From: Lingula anatina
Lineage: Eukaryota > Animalia > Brachiopoda
Assembly (NCBI GenBank): GCA_051362555.1
Contig: CM120643.1
Location: 8,060,001-8,124,000 of the forward strand
DNA: 64,000 bases
Direction of reading: 5' to 3'
The position numbers and the translations under genes are program-made. Below the pieces are notes generated by a model. It did not search any database. It saw only the letters and a list, made by a program, of their open reading frames with translations, and was not told where the DNA came from. This document shows, one piece after another, positions 35,401 through 47,000 of this stretch. The stretch's first letter is position 1. The number at the start of each line of letters is the position of its first letter.

Positions 35401-37667
35401 ATGGCCGTTTTGCCGTCAACTTCATCTCTAGCATTAATTTCAAAATACACGACAATTAAAGTCATAAAGAGAACGGGGGCCGTCGTTTTGGATTGGTTTG
35501 CCATTGATATTGGACATGGAGATATCACCCTTTTACAATTTTACGAAAGGCTGGCCGCGGCCAGCAATCATCGCCCGGAAAATTTCAGTGACATTCTGTC
35601 CAAAGCAGCACATACCAGTTTCTTTTTGGAGCGAAAAAAGGGTCGACAAGAGCGTCGCGGTATTTGGTGGACTGAAGGTCGGACAGGCCACCCGATAGTT
35701 GGCTGCTAGCGTGTGAGTCGAAGTAGACAAAATGGCATCGACCGAAATTACCTTAGTAGTAGGAAGCATAGGCCTATCTTTGCTTAATTTTTTTAACAAT
35801 TCTGTGAAGTGTTTACAATGCTTTAATTTTCTGAGAGTACAAATAAAGACACGCTATTTATTTGATATTTGTTTTATTGGTTTCTATACCAACAGAATGC
35901 ATGAAATAACCTTAAATAGATTTGGTAATATGCAGCATATACATTCATGACTTTTTACCTTTCTACGAAGTATGCCCTATTCACAATGCTTTAATATTTT
36001 GAGAGCATGGATAAAGACATGTTGTTAGTTTGATACGTGTTTCTGTGGTAAATTAGTGTTTCCAGCTGTGTACTGAAAACATAACTTTTCTTAAGCAGTT
36101 TTTTTTTTTTTTTTGGACTGTTTTTTTTTTTTTCGCCCGCTCGCACCGACTTTGGGGTCCCCAGAGGATGTCATCCATAAAATTAAAAAAGTGTGGCCTT
36201 ATTAAAAATGTCGGAATAATCTCTTGATCGTCTGCCATTCGTATTGAGTTTGAGCAATTTGATCAGGTTGCGCACATCGAACTTTTGCTAAAACCACAAA
36301 TTTTAAACCATGTGATGGTTACCTATCACCAATGTCGATCTGTTTTGAAACAGATGTTTAAAATGTGTACATCATAACACGAGCGCCTGCAATTTATTTA
36401 TTTATTTATTTTGTGCCTTTTGAGAGCAAAAATACAATCATAGCTTTTATATTTCAGCAATGCTTTTGCATTATGGGTTGCTTTTCACATTTCTGTTCTG
36501 GCAACCCACACCGGATGGATTGCTGATTCTTTATGTTTTGGCGGGACTATGGGGTGCCGCTGATGCCGTCTGGACAACAGAGATAAACGGTAACATGTTT
36601 TTCACTTTGGTCGTATTCAGGAGGGTTGATCCTCGGATATCCTGGTCCACATATCAAATATGGCGGACCCTACATGAAAGCAAGGCCGCCCAATCTCTAA
36701 GTGGTCTCCCCGCCTCTACTCGGATCAAATTTTGGCCTCGAGGTTTAATTACAAGGCCCCCGCAGAGAAGGCGCGTGTGGAGGCGGGGAGACCGTTAAGG
36801 GATTAGGTGGTCTTCCTTTCATGTAGAGTCCGCCATATTTGATCCTTGTACAGGTAGATCTGACAATCATATGTTCTGAATGCGTCCTTATGGATCCTCT
36901 GGCAGAGTAAGACTGGGTTCCCATGCCTAGATTGATCCATCTGGATCGGTCTTACTCGCTGGGGATTCTCACTAAATTGCTATCAACTTAACCGGCTTAT
37001 ATGTCTGTCACACCTAGTAAAGCTATTAGGGGATAATTATCTTTACTCCCTAGCTCATTCAAGACATAAACAGGAATAAATAGGAAAGAAGTGATCTTAA
37101 ATTCAACTGACTTCAGTCGATCTCCTTATGTTTTAAAAAAAGAATTCATTGCCTTTTTACATGACAGACGTTTGCGCTAAAAAGCACTCTCAAGCAGGGG
37201 CGTAACCAGACCTTTTAAAATTGTACGCACAGATTTTGAAAATTCCCAGGTACGATTATATTCCGTGAAAAATACACTGAATTTGTGGAGAATAATATCA
37301 TGGTTGGCTCAAAAAATTGTACGCACAGTGCATCCATGCGTATGCCTGGTTACGCCCCTGTCAAGTTTATGAGTTGTTCTTTACTCTCGTTTCAGTATTA
37401 TACGGAGTTCTTTTCCATGACGGTCAAGAAGCGGCCTTCTCATGTTATAGACTCTGGCATGCATTCGGATTCATTTTGGCTTATGTCTTCAGCGTCCAGT
37501 TGTGTGTGTTTATGAAATTATATATCTTGATGGGGACCCTGGCGTTGTCCATGTTGGGCTATTTGACAGTGGAATTGATGCAAAGAAAATGCCAAGAAAA
37601 TACTTTGGAAACGCGCAAAACTGTTGAAGCTGCTATAGACATGCTTGGCTCTAATCTAACACTTTAG
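30212..37667 (+). CDS. UNC93A: UNC-93 homologue A-like MFS membrane protein, copy 1, 6 exons, 509 aa
   Basis: Exons 30212-30791, 32288-32457, 34381-34620, 34937-35072, 36458-36589, 37396-37667 (1530 nt, phase-consistent). Motifs HLKNVLVSSLAFTLVFTAFSGLESLQSSIN, LGCKWT, ANFYA, VWGNLISSLV, CGATYC, QLLLIP, GLWGAADAVW, EAAFSCYRLW. Confidence 0.92.
30806..30972. mobile_element. TIR element CAGGCCCGTAGCCAG...CTGGCTACGGGCCTG with 5-bp TSD TTTAT
   Basis: Perfect 15-bp TIR with TTTAT on both sides. Absent from the paralogous intron (~39004). Confidence 0.85.
31015..31228. mobile_element. Family A MITE (reverse orientation), TSD TAT
   Basis: Reverse-complement homologue of 5614-5816, with TAT on both flanks. 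Empty site in UNC93A copy 2 (~39040). Confidence 0.85.
31427..31991. mobile_element. Family B MITE (TSD ATA) containing a nested second palindromic MITE at 31463-31741
   Basis: Outer ends GAAGCCATTCAGAACA...TGTTCTGAATGGCCTG with ATA flanks; outer body is homologous to 55268-55556. The inner near-perfect hairpin is homologous to 42424-42736. Empty site in copy 2 (~39230). Confidence 0.8.
32575..32712 (+). repeat. 33-bp minisatellite x~4 (AATATTGAGTATTCATGTWCTGACTTTCTCTC-like)
   Basis: Read directly. The paralogous intron (~40290-40360) has about two degenerate units. Confidence 0.85.
33187..33454. mobile_element. TIR element TAGTGGCGGATT...ATCCACCCCTG with 5-bp TSD TTATC
   Basis: TTATC on both sides. 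Absent from the copy 2 intron (~40800). Confidence 0.8.
33629..33887. mobile_element. Family A MITE variant (GACTGGGTTCCCA...TGGGAATGGTCCC)
   Basis: Palindromic, homologous to 62986-63601 and 36911-37060, and absent from copy 2. Confidence 0.8.
35117..36198. mobile_element. 1082-bp non-autonomous PIF/Harbinger-like transposon, TSD TTA
   Basis: 34-bp TIR GGCCACACTTTTTWAATTTTATGGATGACATCCT (1 mismatch) with TTA on both flanks. The paralogous intron reads CAGTCGCCG-TTA-TTAAAA, an exact empty site at ~42225. Confidence 0.9.
36609..36887. mobile_element. Family B palindromic MITE
   Basis: Inverted ATCAAATATGGCGGAC.CTACATGAAAG...CTTTCATGTAGAGTCCGCCATATTTGAT, with ends ...ATTCAG / CTGAATGCGTCC. 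Confidence 0.75.
36911..37060. mobile_element. Truncated family A MITE
   Basis: GACTGGGTTCCCA end and GGGGATTCTCACTAAATTGC body. The right half is missing. Confidence 0.6.
37195..37360. mobile_element. TIR element CAGGGGCGTAACCAG...CTGGTTACGCCCCTG with 5-bp TSD TCAAG
   Basis: Perfect 15-bp TIR with TCAAG on both sides. Empty site at ~43380. Confidence 0.85.
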
Positions 37668-37982
37668 ATAGTTCAACACGGCGTTTAATCCGACTTCCTT
37701 TCTTTTTGGACATGAAGTATATGTGGTCATAGTAGAAACTTTTATGGGTTTATTGCAAAAAAAAAAAAAGAATATATATCGCAGGCGTTATTTGAAAAAA
37801 AAACAAAATACATGTATGAACACGTCCTCGTTTACTGATTTACCTCTTTCATATATTTTTGTCTCGTGGCTCCCAAAACAAACAAAATTCAGCCATGTGG
37901 ACCCAACAATGTTATATGACCTACAACAAGTTCTACCTACTGAAAATAAAATGACAACAGGGTAAAATATGTCGTATCAGTT

Positions 37983-38057
37983 TTAATTTTTATCTAAAAG
38001 TGCCGTGTTTTCTAACCTATCTCTCTTTTGTGCTAAGTTCACATTTGGTTGAGGATG
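37983..38057 (-). pseudogene. Orphan copy of the last 24 codons plus stop of the SLC35G-like gene
   Basis: The minus strand reads HPQPNVNLAQKRDRLENTALLDKN* versus HPQPNVNIAQKRNRVENTALLDKN* at 44079-44005. Homology stops abruptly at 38057. Confidence 0.8.
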
Positions 38058-38408
38058 TATTCTAATCCCACCTCAAGGCAGAGAAGAGAATTCTAATCCC
38101 ACCTCAAAGCGGATATCGTAAAATCACGGAGAAATTTGACCTTTACGGCGAGATTTGTTCCTATCTTATACGGTCCCTATTCAAGTGTTTATCTGTATAG
38201 ATAAAACAACCCAGATCAGCACTAGTCTTCGTTTATGTTAAAGCGCCTTTAGAATATTTCACTTTTCGGGTGTCTCTGTCTTGGCACACGTGTACATGTT
38301 CAGTTACATAACCAGCTCGCTGAATAGCTATTAATAGGCTAGTTACAATGGATCATTGTGAGGGTCATTTTGCATAAAAACTTTTAGAAATATTGAGAGA
38401 AAAAAGGA

Positions 38409-41400
38409 ATGACGACTGTCGACGAGGGACCGAAGGCTTCAAGGTTACAAGTCCCCACGAAGTTGGACATTGCAACCACAAAAATGCTAGCATCGGGAAA
38501 TGTGGCAGACGACAGTCGGGTTCCAGAAGTTGATTATAATTTCAGCAGAGGTCGACATCTGAAGAACGTCTTCGTCTTGAGCATAACCTTCACGCTAGTT
38601 TTTACAGCATTCCATGGTTTAGAATCATTACAAAGCAGTATGAATAAAGATCAAGGTTTGGGAGTCTACGGTCTTGTGTTCATCTACTCCGCCATGATCA
38701 TCTCTTGTCTTTTCCTGGCGTCTCCTATCATCTCCCTCCTAGGATGTAAATGGACCATAACGGCGGCAATGGCGTCCTACACCACCTACACCCTAGCCAA
38801 CTTCTACGCAGTATGGGGTACCATGGCGCCTGCCTCTGTCATATTAGGAATGGGAGGGGCGCTGCTCTGGTCGGCAAAGTGCATGTACATCACCGAAACA
38901 GCCACACAATACGCCCAAATAACCGGAAAGAATAAAGACGTCCTGCTCCACCGCTTCTTTGGTATTTTCTTTGGAATCGTAAACTCTTGTAAGGACAGTT
39001 GCCTTTATATCTTTAATGGTTCAGGGGCTATCCATTCCTTTTTTTTTAAATAATTTCATTGCAATGTCAGAAGGTGGCGTGGAATAGGGTAAACGGCATC
39101 GAGGGGGAAATTGCACGTGGTGAATTATTGATCCACTCATTTACTGTTTGGTAGTGCACTTGGTTATAAATCCACGTGGTGCGAAAAAGTCCAAATTAGG
39201 CCTTGGAAGATGTCAGAGCAGACTGTCCACAGCTACAGGGATATCACAGGGGTATCTGTAGTATAGCCTTTTATATTACAGAATTTAAGTAGATACTTTT
39301 TGTTATTTTGTTACTGACTAGCAGCGACCCCTGTGGTCAGAGAATAGATAAAATTAGGGAAGAAACCACCAAATAATTTCCCATTGGCCATACTAAGAAA
39401 TGTCTGCAAAACTGCATGAAGAAGATAAATTGGTGAATCATTTCCCATCCCCATGGACAGCAAACACACTGATGCAAATCCCAATGGCACAAAAATATAC
39501 TTTTTAAGTGTTTCTAATTCATTTCTTACCGGCGGTAGTTGAATAAGTGCACCCCTCTTCTTTGTAAACAAACCACTCACAGTAAGTAGCTTCGTCCGCC
39601 AGAGGTCCCAGACTGAACGACACCCATGCCTGGTCCTGACAAAAAAAGAATTGCAGTAGTTAACACCCCAGCCTGCCCATTGACACCATAAATAACCCTA
39701 TCAACATACAAGAACTGTCAGGTAAATTGGGAAAAAAATCGCTATTTTTTCTCACAGTACTATATTCAGATTTTGGATCATTGTGATCAGTAGCACAGAG
39801 AATTATATCTATATTTGTACACAGTGCGAAAACATATTGCTTTACATTGAATGTTTTAATGTCAGCCAATATACATGTTTGTCGAGGCGAAGTATGTTCG
39901 TTCAATAGACTATAGAATTAAATGTAGGCCTATATGTTTTTCGGATTTCAATGTAAACACTTTGCTTCCATGTTGAAGTTGACATGCTACTGTACTTTTA
40001 TTTTCTGATATTGTTATAATGAAAAATGTGGTTCGTTTCAGCCACAGTTTGGGGCAATCTTATTTCATCGTTGGTATTAAGCCAAAGGTCTCAAAACGAA
40101 ACTGAAATTCCTGATGACGTTTTTAGCAGATGTGGTGCCACCTATTGTACAGGGGACGAAAATATTGGAAATTTTTCAAATCCAGGATTGGATAAACCAT
40201 CGGAAGAGAAGGTACATTTATTTATTTATTTGTTTTAAAGAAAACAAAGCCATCGGTACTTTTAAGGGCTTCTACATACACGAACCGACTTTCCCTCTAA
40301 TACTGATGTACTGGTGCTGACTGTTTCTCCAGTATTAAGTATTCATGTAATGCCTTTCTCTCAGCCCCGTTCGCACGTACCGACTTCCCCCCCCCCCCCC
40401 CGTCCATTTTGAAAACCAATCTTTTTGTTTTCACTCTGTTATTTTTTATTTTCTCGGTCTTGTCGTTGTAATGTCTGTGTTATGTACGGCTCATCTTAAA
40501 TAATCTTTTAAAGGAAAACCAATTAGTAATTTTCAGAAACTATAAAAAAAAATGTTCCTATTAATGTTCATCACAACTACTTCATCGTATTGTTTTCATG
40601 ATAATATTTTAGTTCCTTAAGAAATAGCAATTTTTTTTATTCAACTGCTACTATCATCATTTACATATATGTAAATGAACTGCAACTTTGGTATAGGCCT
40701 ACTCTCTACCAGGGAGGCAGATATTGTAGACATTATAGGCACATTTTTCACCAGCCACAGGTAGAAGATCGGACACATTTATATAATTAGCCAGATACAT
40801 AATCTGTGAATATCGAGTGAAAAATCAATCAGTGGACATGGTAGGGGATATCGTTAGTACATGCATCCTGTTTTGTTGGCAAGTTTCTTTGTTAGTAATA
40901 TCAATCACCACTGGGATATCCTGGACTCAATCTGAGACTCATTAGCGCAGGATTGTTGAACTGTATGGTGTCGCTGATGTATTGTCATAGCATGGAGCGA
41001 GGTGTATGTTACGTACCCTAAGTTCTAGATTTCTATATTGCCAGCTCGATCTTGATTTCAAACATAGCCCACATCCGCAGTATTGTAAAGCTAACACATG
41101 AAAAGGTATAGTGAGCAAGCTAGCTTTATAGTGCCCTGACACTCAGGGTAGTGTTTAATCGCCTTTTTCTATAAATACATTGCCAATCGCATTTAAAGAT
41201 GGAAAAAAATATATATATTAAGATTCTCAATTACAGAAAAGTCTTTTAAAAATGATTATTCTAGTGAAGATGCGGTTATATCGAATTAAATAAACCCTTA
41301 TCTCTCCGTTTCCTTCAGCTTCTGTTTTTTTAAATCCAATTTGATTGCTTCCTCGTTCCTTTATTCTATCTTGAACGGCTCGTTTATTTTGTTTGCGAAA

Positions 41401-43635
41401 TAACTGACTAAGTCGTTTTCAGCTCCTGATATTGTGCGGCACATACTTTGCCTGTGGCTTGATCGCCGTGGCAGCAGTCGCCATATTCCTGGATGATCTT
41501 CATCGTCAAAAATCAGCAAAATCCCAGCCGAAGAAGAGATTCTCTAGTGCCCTATTTGTTGCAACTTTCAACCACATGCGGGAACCCAAGCAGTTGCTTC
41601 TGATACCGATAACCATGAACTGTTCCATGCAAGAAGGTTTTTTCTTCAGCGATTTCACAAAGGTAAGTTTACCAATACGGGATTTCGTGGCAAAATTTGT
41701 TTGAATTTCTTTATAAACATTGAAAATTACAAAATACAAACCCTTTAACACATGGCAGTATATTTCGTGCCACGTAACTGTAAAACATGTTGTATGTTAT
41801 CTAACTGTTCCGGTACATGTCATTGTCTTGGTGTGGCATATACCAGGTGAAACTAAAGTCCTTAATTGTGCTTACCGTTTATTTCCCTTTAACCCTTTTT
41901 ACAAACAAAAACCTTTTTAATGTAGTTCTATAATTTTCTTGTAACTTACATCAGTAGCTTTGAAACTGTCATAGATGGTCGGTTCACAAAAGTTTTATTA
42001 GGAAAGCATTATAATTGTTATTTTTTATTTGCTCGAACACAACCCCAGTCATTCGTGAGCTGCAGTTATGGACTCTGGAACGTGGGGTACGTCACTATGA
42101 CGTATGGTGTGACCACCTCTCTAATCTCAATTGTGATTGGACGACTGGCGAAACAAGTGGGGCGGGCGGTTTTCTTCACATTAGGTAAGTGCGAACTGCA
42201 AACGTTATTAAACGCCCAGTCGCCGTTATTAAAAGTGTCGTGATAATCTTTTGCTTGCCTACAATCCTTACGAGGTTTGAACAATTTGTCCAGCGTGCGT
42301 ACATCGAATTTTGCTACAAGCCACAAATTTAAAGCCACTTGATGGTTACCAATCACAAAAGCCTATGTGTTTTGAAACAAAAGTAAAAAATATGTACACC
42401 ATAAAAACTTACCTGCGATTTAAGAGAGCATTCACATCGAGAAGGACCGAGGTCTAGCAAGGCCGAGACCTAAATATGGCGGACCTTCATGAAAGGAAGA
42501 ACGCATAATCCTTTAATGGTCTCTCCGCCTCTCACACGGCTCCCCAAGCGTCGACCCATGACCGATTGAATTGAGCCGAGATTTAATTAGTGTGCCCCTG
42601 CAGGGACGATGCGTGGGGAGGCGTGTGAGAGGCGGCGAGACAATTAAAGGATCACGCGGTTTTCCTTTCATGTAGATCCGCCATATTTAGGTCTCGGCCT
42701 TGCTAGACCTCGGCTCTTCTCGATGTGAATGCTCTCTAATTCATTTTCGTGCCTCTTAAGAGCAAAAACACAGTCGTAGTTGCTATATTTCAGCAATGCT
42801 TTTGCATTATGGGTTGCTTTTCACATTACTGTTCTGGCAACCCACACCGGATGGATTGCTGATTCTTTATGTTTTGGCGGGACTATGGGGTGCCGCCGTA
42901 GCCATCTGGACAACAGAGATAAACGGTAGTGTGCTTTTCATTTATTGGCGGTATAAGGATTACAAAGAAAGTAAATTGGTGTTCTTTTGGATGTTTTGCA
43001 GTTTTTGAAATATTTTAGTGGACCCTTTATGTTCACTTCTTTTAAGTTTTGGAAGAGGGGGCCAGGTGGGCTGAACCTCCACCTTTGTGATCCGTTATTG
43101 TCCATTTACATACTAACCAATATCACTGAGAATGCATTTCGTTCTTACCTCTGTCAATGGATGTTGTTATTTCATCGGGCTTGGTACCTTTAACGTAACT
43201 ATTAAAATAGGCAAGACATCTCAAAATATTCTTCACAATATTTTTTTGGAATTTTTAGGATAAACTACTCAGGAATAAAAAGGAAAAGAGTTATTCCAAT
43301 TTCAAATGACTCTAGTTTTCTTTAAAAGAAATTTCATTACATTTTTCACTTGACAGACGCTTGCGCTAAAAAGACACTCTCCAGTTCATGTGTCCTTCTT
43401 TACTCTCGTTTCAGTATTATACGGAGTTCTTTTCCATGACAGTCAAGAGGCGGCCTTCTCAAATTACAGACTCTGGAGAGCAATCGGGTTCATATTGGCT
43501 TATAACTTCAGCGTTAAGTTGTGTGTGTTTATAAAATTATACATCTTGATGGGGACCCTGGCGCTGTCCATGCTGGGTTATTTGACAGTGGAATTTATGG
43601 AAAGAAAATACTTTGGAAACGCACAAAACTGTTGA
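38409..43635 (+). CDS. UNC93A: UNC-93 homologue A-like MFS membrane protein, copy 2, 6 exons, 492 aa (frameshifted short C-tail)
   Basis: Exons 38409-38988, 40042-40211, 41423-41662, 42049-42184, 42794-42925, 43415-43635. The first five exons are identical in length to copy 1 (580/170/240/136/132), and the introns are alignable. Confidence 0.9.
41016..41148. mobile_element. Short TIR element CCCTAAGT...ACTCAGGG flanked by TA
   Basis: TA dinucleotide on both sides, as for Tc1/mariner-type targets. Homologue at ~6490-6637; absent from the copy 1 intron. Confidence 0.65.
42424..42736. mobile_element. Family B palindromic MITE, TSD TAA
   Basis: TIR GAGAGCATTCACATCGAGAAG, with inverted symmetry extending more than 100 bp. 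TAA flanks; absent from copy 1 intron 4. Confidence 0.88.
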
Positions 43636-43869
43636 AGCTGCCGTTGACATGCTTGGGTCTAATCTAAGGCTGTAGGTGGTTCAAGGGCGTTTACTTCTTT
43701 TCTTTTTGGACATGCAGTATATGTGGTCATAGTAGTGGTTTTAATGGGATTTATTGCAAAATAAAACTATATACATACCACAGGCTTTATTTTAAACAAT
43801 CCTATGCACGCGTCCTCGTTTACGGATATATTACTTTCATATATTTTTGTCCCATGGCTCCCCCCCCCC

Positions 43870-43906
<37 letters not shown>

Positions 43907-44004
43907 CAGCAAAGTTGACCCAGCATTGTAATATGATACAACAAATTCTACCTACTGAAAAGATAATAATAATAATAAAAGACATATCAGTTTTAATCAT
44001 TATT

Positions 44005-47000
44005 TCAATTTTTATCTAAAAGTGCCGTGTTTTCTACCCTATTTCTCTTTTGTGCTATGTTCACATTTGGTTGAGGATGATACAGAATTAAATCTTTCAA
44101 ATAATTAAAAGACTTTAAGTTTAGCGTAATTCCTTTGCTGTTCAATATGGGCCTACTGCCTTCAAAAGAAGTCCCCTGTTTATCGTCTGATACAGCGTCC
44201 TGACTGCTGTCAAAACCACAGTTTCCCTGAGCACCCGTACATTTCTTTATACTAAGCGCGAGAATGCACGATAAAATCAAGAGAGATCCCACTATTGACG
44301 GCCATGTTGGGATGACATGAAGAATTGTCACCTGCCAGATGAACACGAAGATTGGCTCAGAAGTGCGCCCTAAACTTACGATGACGACATTCTCGATCTT
44401 CAGCGCCACCTGGCAGCAAATCGCGGCGGTGAATGCCATGACACCATTCAGCACGACTGCACACCACTCCAACAACGTGACCGGAAATGACACGCCCTCT
44501 GTTGACAAAACAACTATCCATGAAATAATACCGCTGAAGAGACCTACAGATGCTATAATAAAAAGACTATCTACATGCTTCAGTTTTCTCCCGAAAAGCA
44601 TGTTAATTGATGACGTCACGGCGGTTGCTATGGCCAGAGTGACACCTATCGGATCAGCTGCGTCTGACTCTCCCCAGAGGAAGCTTGGCCTGGATATGAA
44701 CACTATACCTACAAAAGAAAAAAATACAATCCTTGATAAAAATGAGAACAATTTAGTAAAAGAAAAAATGTCTTCTATTATGGCCAATAAAAAGGCATTT
44801 TATATAATTTTTACTGACACATGGATCGTTTTTACCAAAATGGCCTAAATAATATACCGACACGTTTGAGGTTGAAGTATTTCGTTTTCGTGAAATGTTT
44901 CGGGGGCGGATTAAAGCCATCTTCTGGGTCTTCCGGAAGACGATCAGATTTTCAAGTTAGCATTGACGAGTATGTAATTTTTTGTCGGAAGAGGGTCAAA
45001 AATTGAAGATGGATCAACAAAGATACTTTGGAAGACTTTCAGAAAATATATCTGGATCCGCTCCTGTGTTTGATATCATAATTAAGGTCCATACGCTCTC
45101 CACATTATTCATGCTGACTGGAATGGCCCGTTTTATGCACATTAACTTGAGGCATAGAAATTTAGATATATATCAGTATTAATGGCGCTATAATGGACTG
45201 TATTGCTCCTGGAGCCGTTTTTGAAACGAATTAACGCCAGGAAATTAAATAGACTGTTTATTGTACTTTACTGCTATTCCATGGTTCAGTAAATCGCATG
45301 AATTTAATATAAAATGCCTTTCTGGCATAAACTGGTAAAGAACTGACTGACTACCAAATTTTGGAGTTACTTATTAGGCCCCATTTTAAACGAAAACTGA
45401 CACTTGTTCTAGCGTTCTCGGCAATGGATTGCTGTACATGAACGTTAAATTTGGCATGCAACAAGAAGACTTTTTACCATTTATCATTGAAATTAGGCTG
45501 CCGCTTGTTAATATGATACTTAGCGTCCATCTAATGCGCGATGTAAAACTCGTAGCTTTCGGGCACATGGCAACTGGCGCAGAACCCCAATAGACTGCTT
45601 ATACAAAGTAGTATCATTCAACTGGGACGCATCATACAAGCTGGGTACGTCAAATTGCTTTAAAAGAATTTCGTACGACGTCCTCCACAAGCTAAGCCGT
45701 CATTAAAAAAAATCGCATGCCGTCCAGCCGTCTTTGAATGTATAGGCCGTCAGGTGATGCCAGCGGCAGTCCAAATGACGGCTGGGCGGTTCGCTAGGAA
45801 AAGTCTTGTTGCAAAGCATCCTAAACTCCTTCTAAGTTTGTGTTATTAATTTATTAGAACAATGAGTTCCCATTTGCCATGAAACGAGAAGAAATGGAAG
45901 CGGCTCTTAATTATGTCTTCGATACTCTATAGAAGCGAGTCCTGGCTTGGCTGAAGTTTTAAAGCTGCTTAGTAGCACTTCTCTATTATTATTAAAGCTT
46001 TATAAAGCGTCGGACAAAGTACTCCAAATGACATAACACAAGTCCAACTTTGTTTACCCGAACTTAACGCAGGGGTGCGCATCGCACAGAAACCATTCAT
46101 CAGTAAAATCCTCCAATCGCGGTCGAATATGGAAGCCGACCCTTCTATGTATGTTTATACTTTCAGGTATCAGGGTCCCCCTAAAATACTGTGCAAAATC
46201 ACTGTGCTTTCAACATTTGGTAACAGGTTACTAGCGCACCCCGTGTTCAGAGATAAACATGTTTGTGGTCTTTGTAGAAGGCGGCAATGCAAAAGGCACA
46301 TTATATTTGCCTAAATTTTGCAATTTAACCAATATTGTAGAGTGAAAGAGAACGGATGAAAAAACAACGTCAGGAATTCATCTAAAAAACTGTGTGTCAC
46401 GTATTTAAGAATTAAGCCTTATCTAACAGTGCCCCATTTGGGTTACAATGGGTCCTTGTTCAAATGTACACCGAATGTAAAATTCTAATAAGTCAAATTC
46501 CATTATGCCTTCTCAATTAAAGGTGTTAACTAATTAAGGTTTAAACTATAACATAAGCGTAGGGCTTTGTTTGGCTGAACCCTCACTTTAATTAATGTTC
46601 ATCGTCAATTCCAACTATTGAGTTTAGTCAGTTACTCAAAAGATTGTTATCAGCCAGTTGTCGTTATCAGCCAGTAAGGCTCTTGGTGAGAATAGTGAAA
46701 CTTGACTGGGTCGATGATATGTTTTTCCATCATATAAAACCGGTTATATGTAACAGACAAATGTACCCCAGCATAAAATATGCGGCATGTATTTCTAGAG
46801 ACCCGAGTATATGACGCAGGTAAGCTTCTTTTAAAAGGAAATTGAGGACTATGATGTAAAATTGAAGACAATTTACAACTGAGATTTTATGGCTCTTGCG
46901 TGTTTGTTGATGATTTATATGTGAGGAAAGCACTACTTTTTCATTTTACATACTATTTTGTTAAACTGTATCTAACATTGCAAAGTGTATTCAACTTATT

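Noticed and set aside
35117-36198. Autonomous Harbinger transposon
   Set aside because: Only 1.08 kb; the short internal ORFs show no DDE nuclease or Myb/SANT motifs.
38409-43635. UNC93A copy 2 as a pseudogene
   Set aside because: All splice sites and frames are intact; the only frameshift lies after the last transmembrane helix.
44339-44848. 169-aa plus-strand ORF
   Set aside because: Antisense shadow of the SLC35G exon with no independent motifs.
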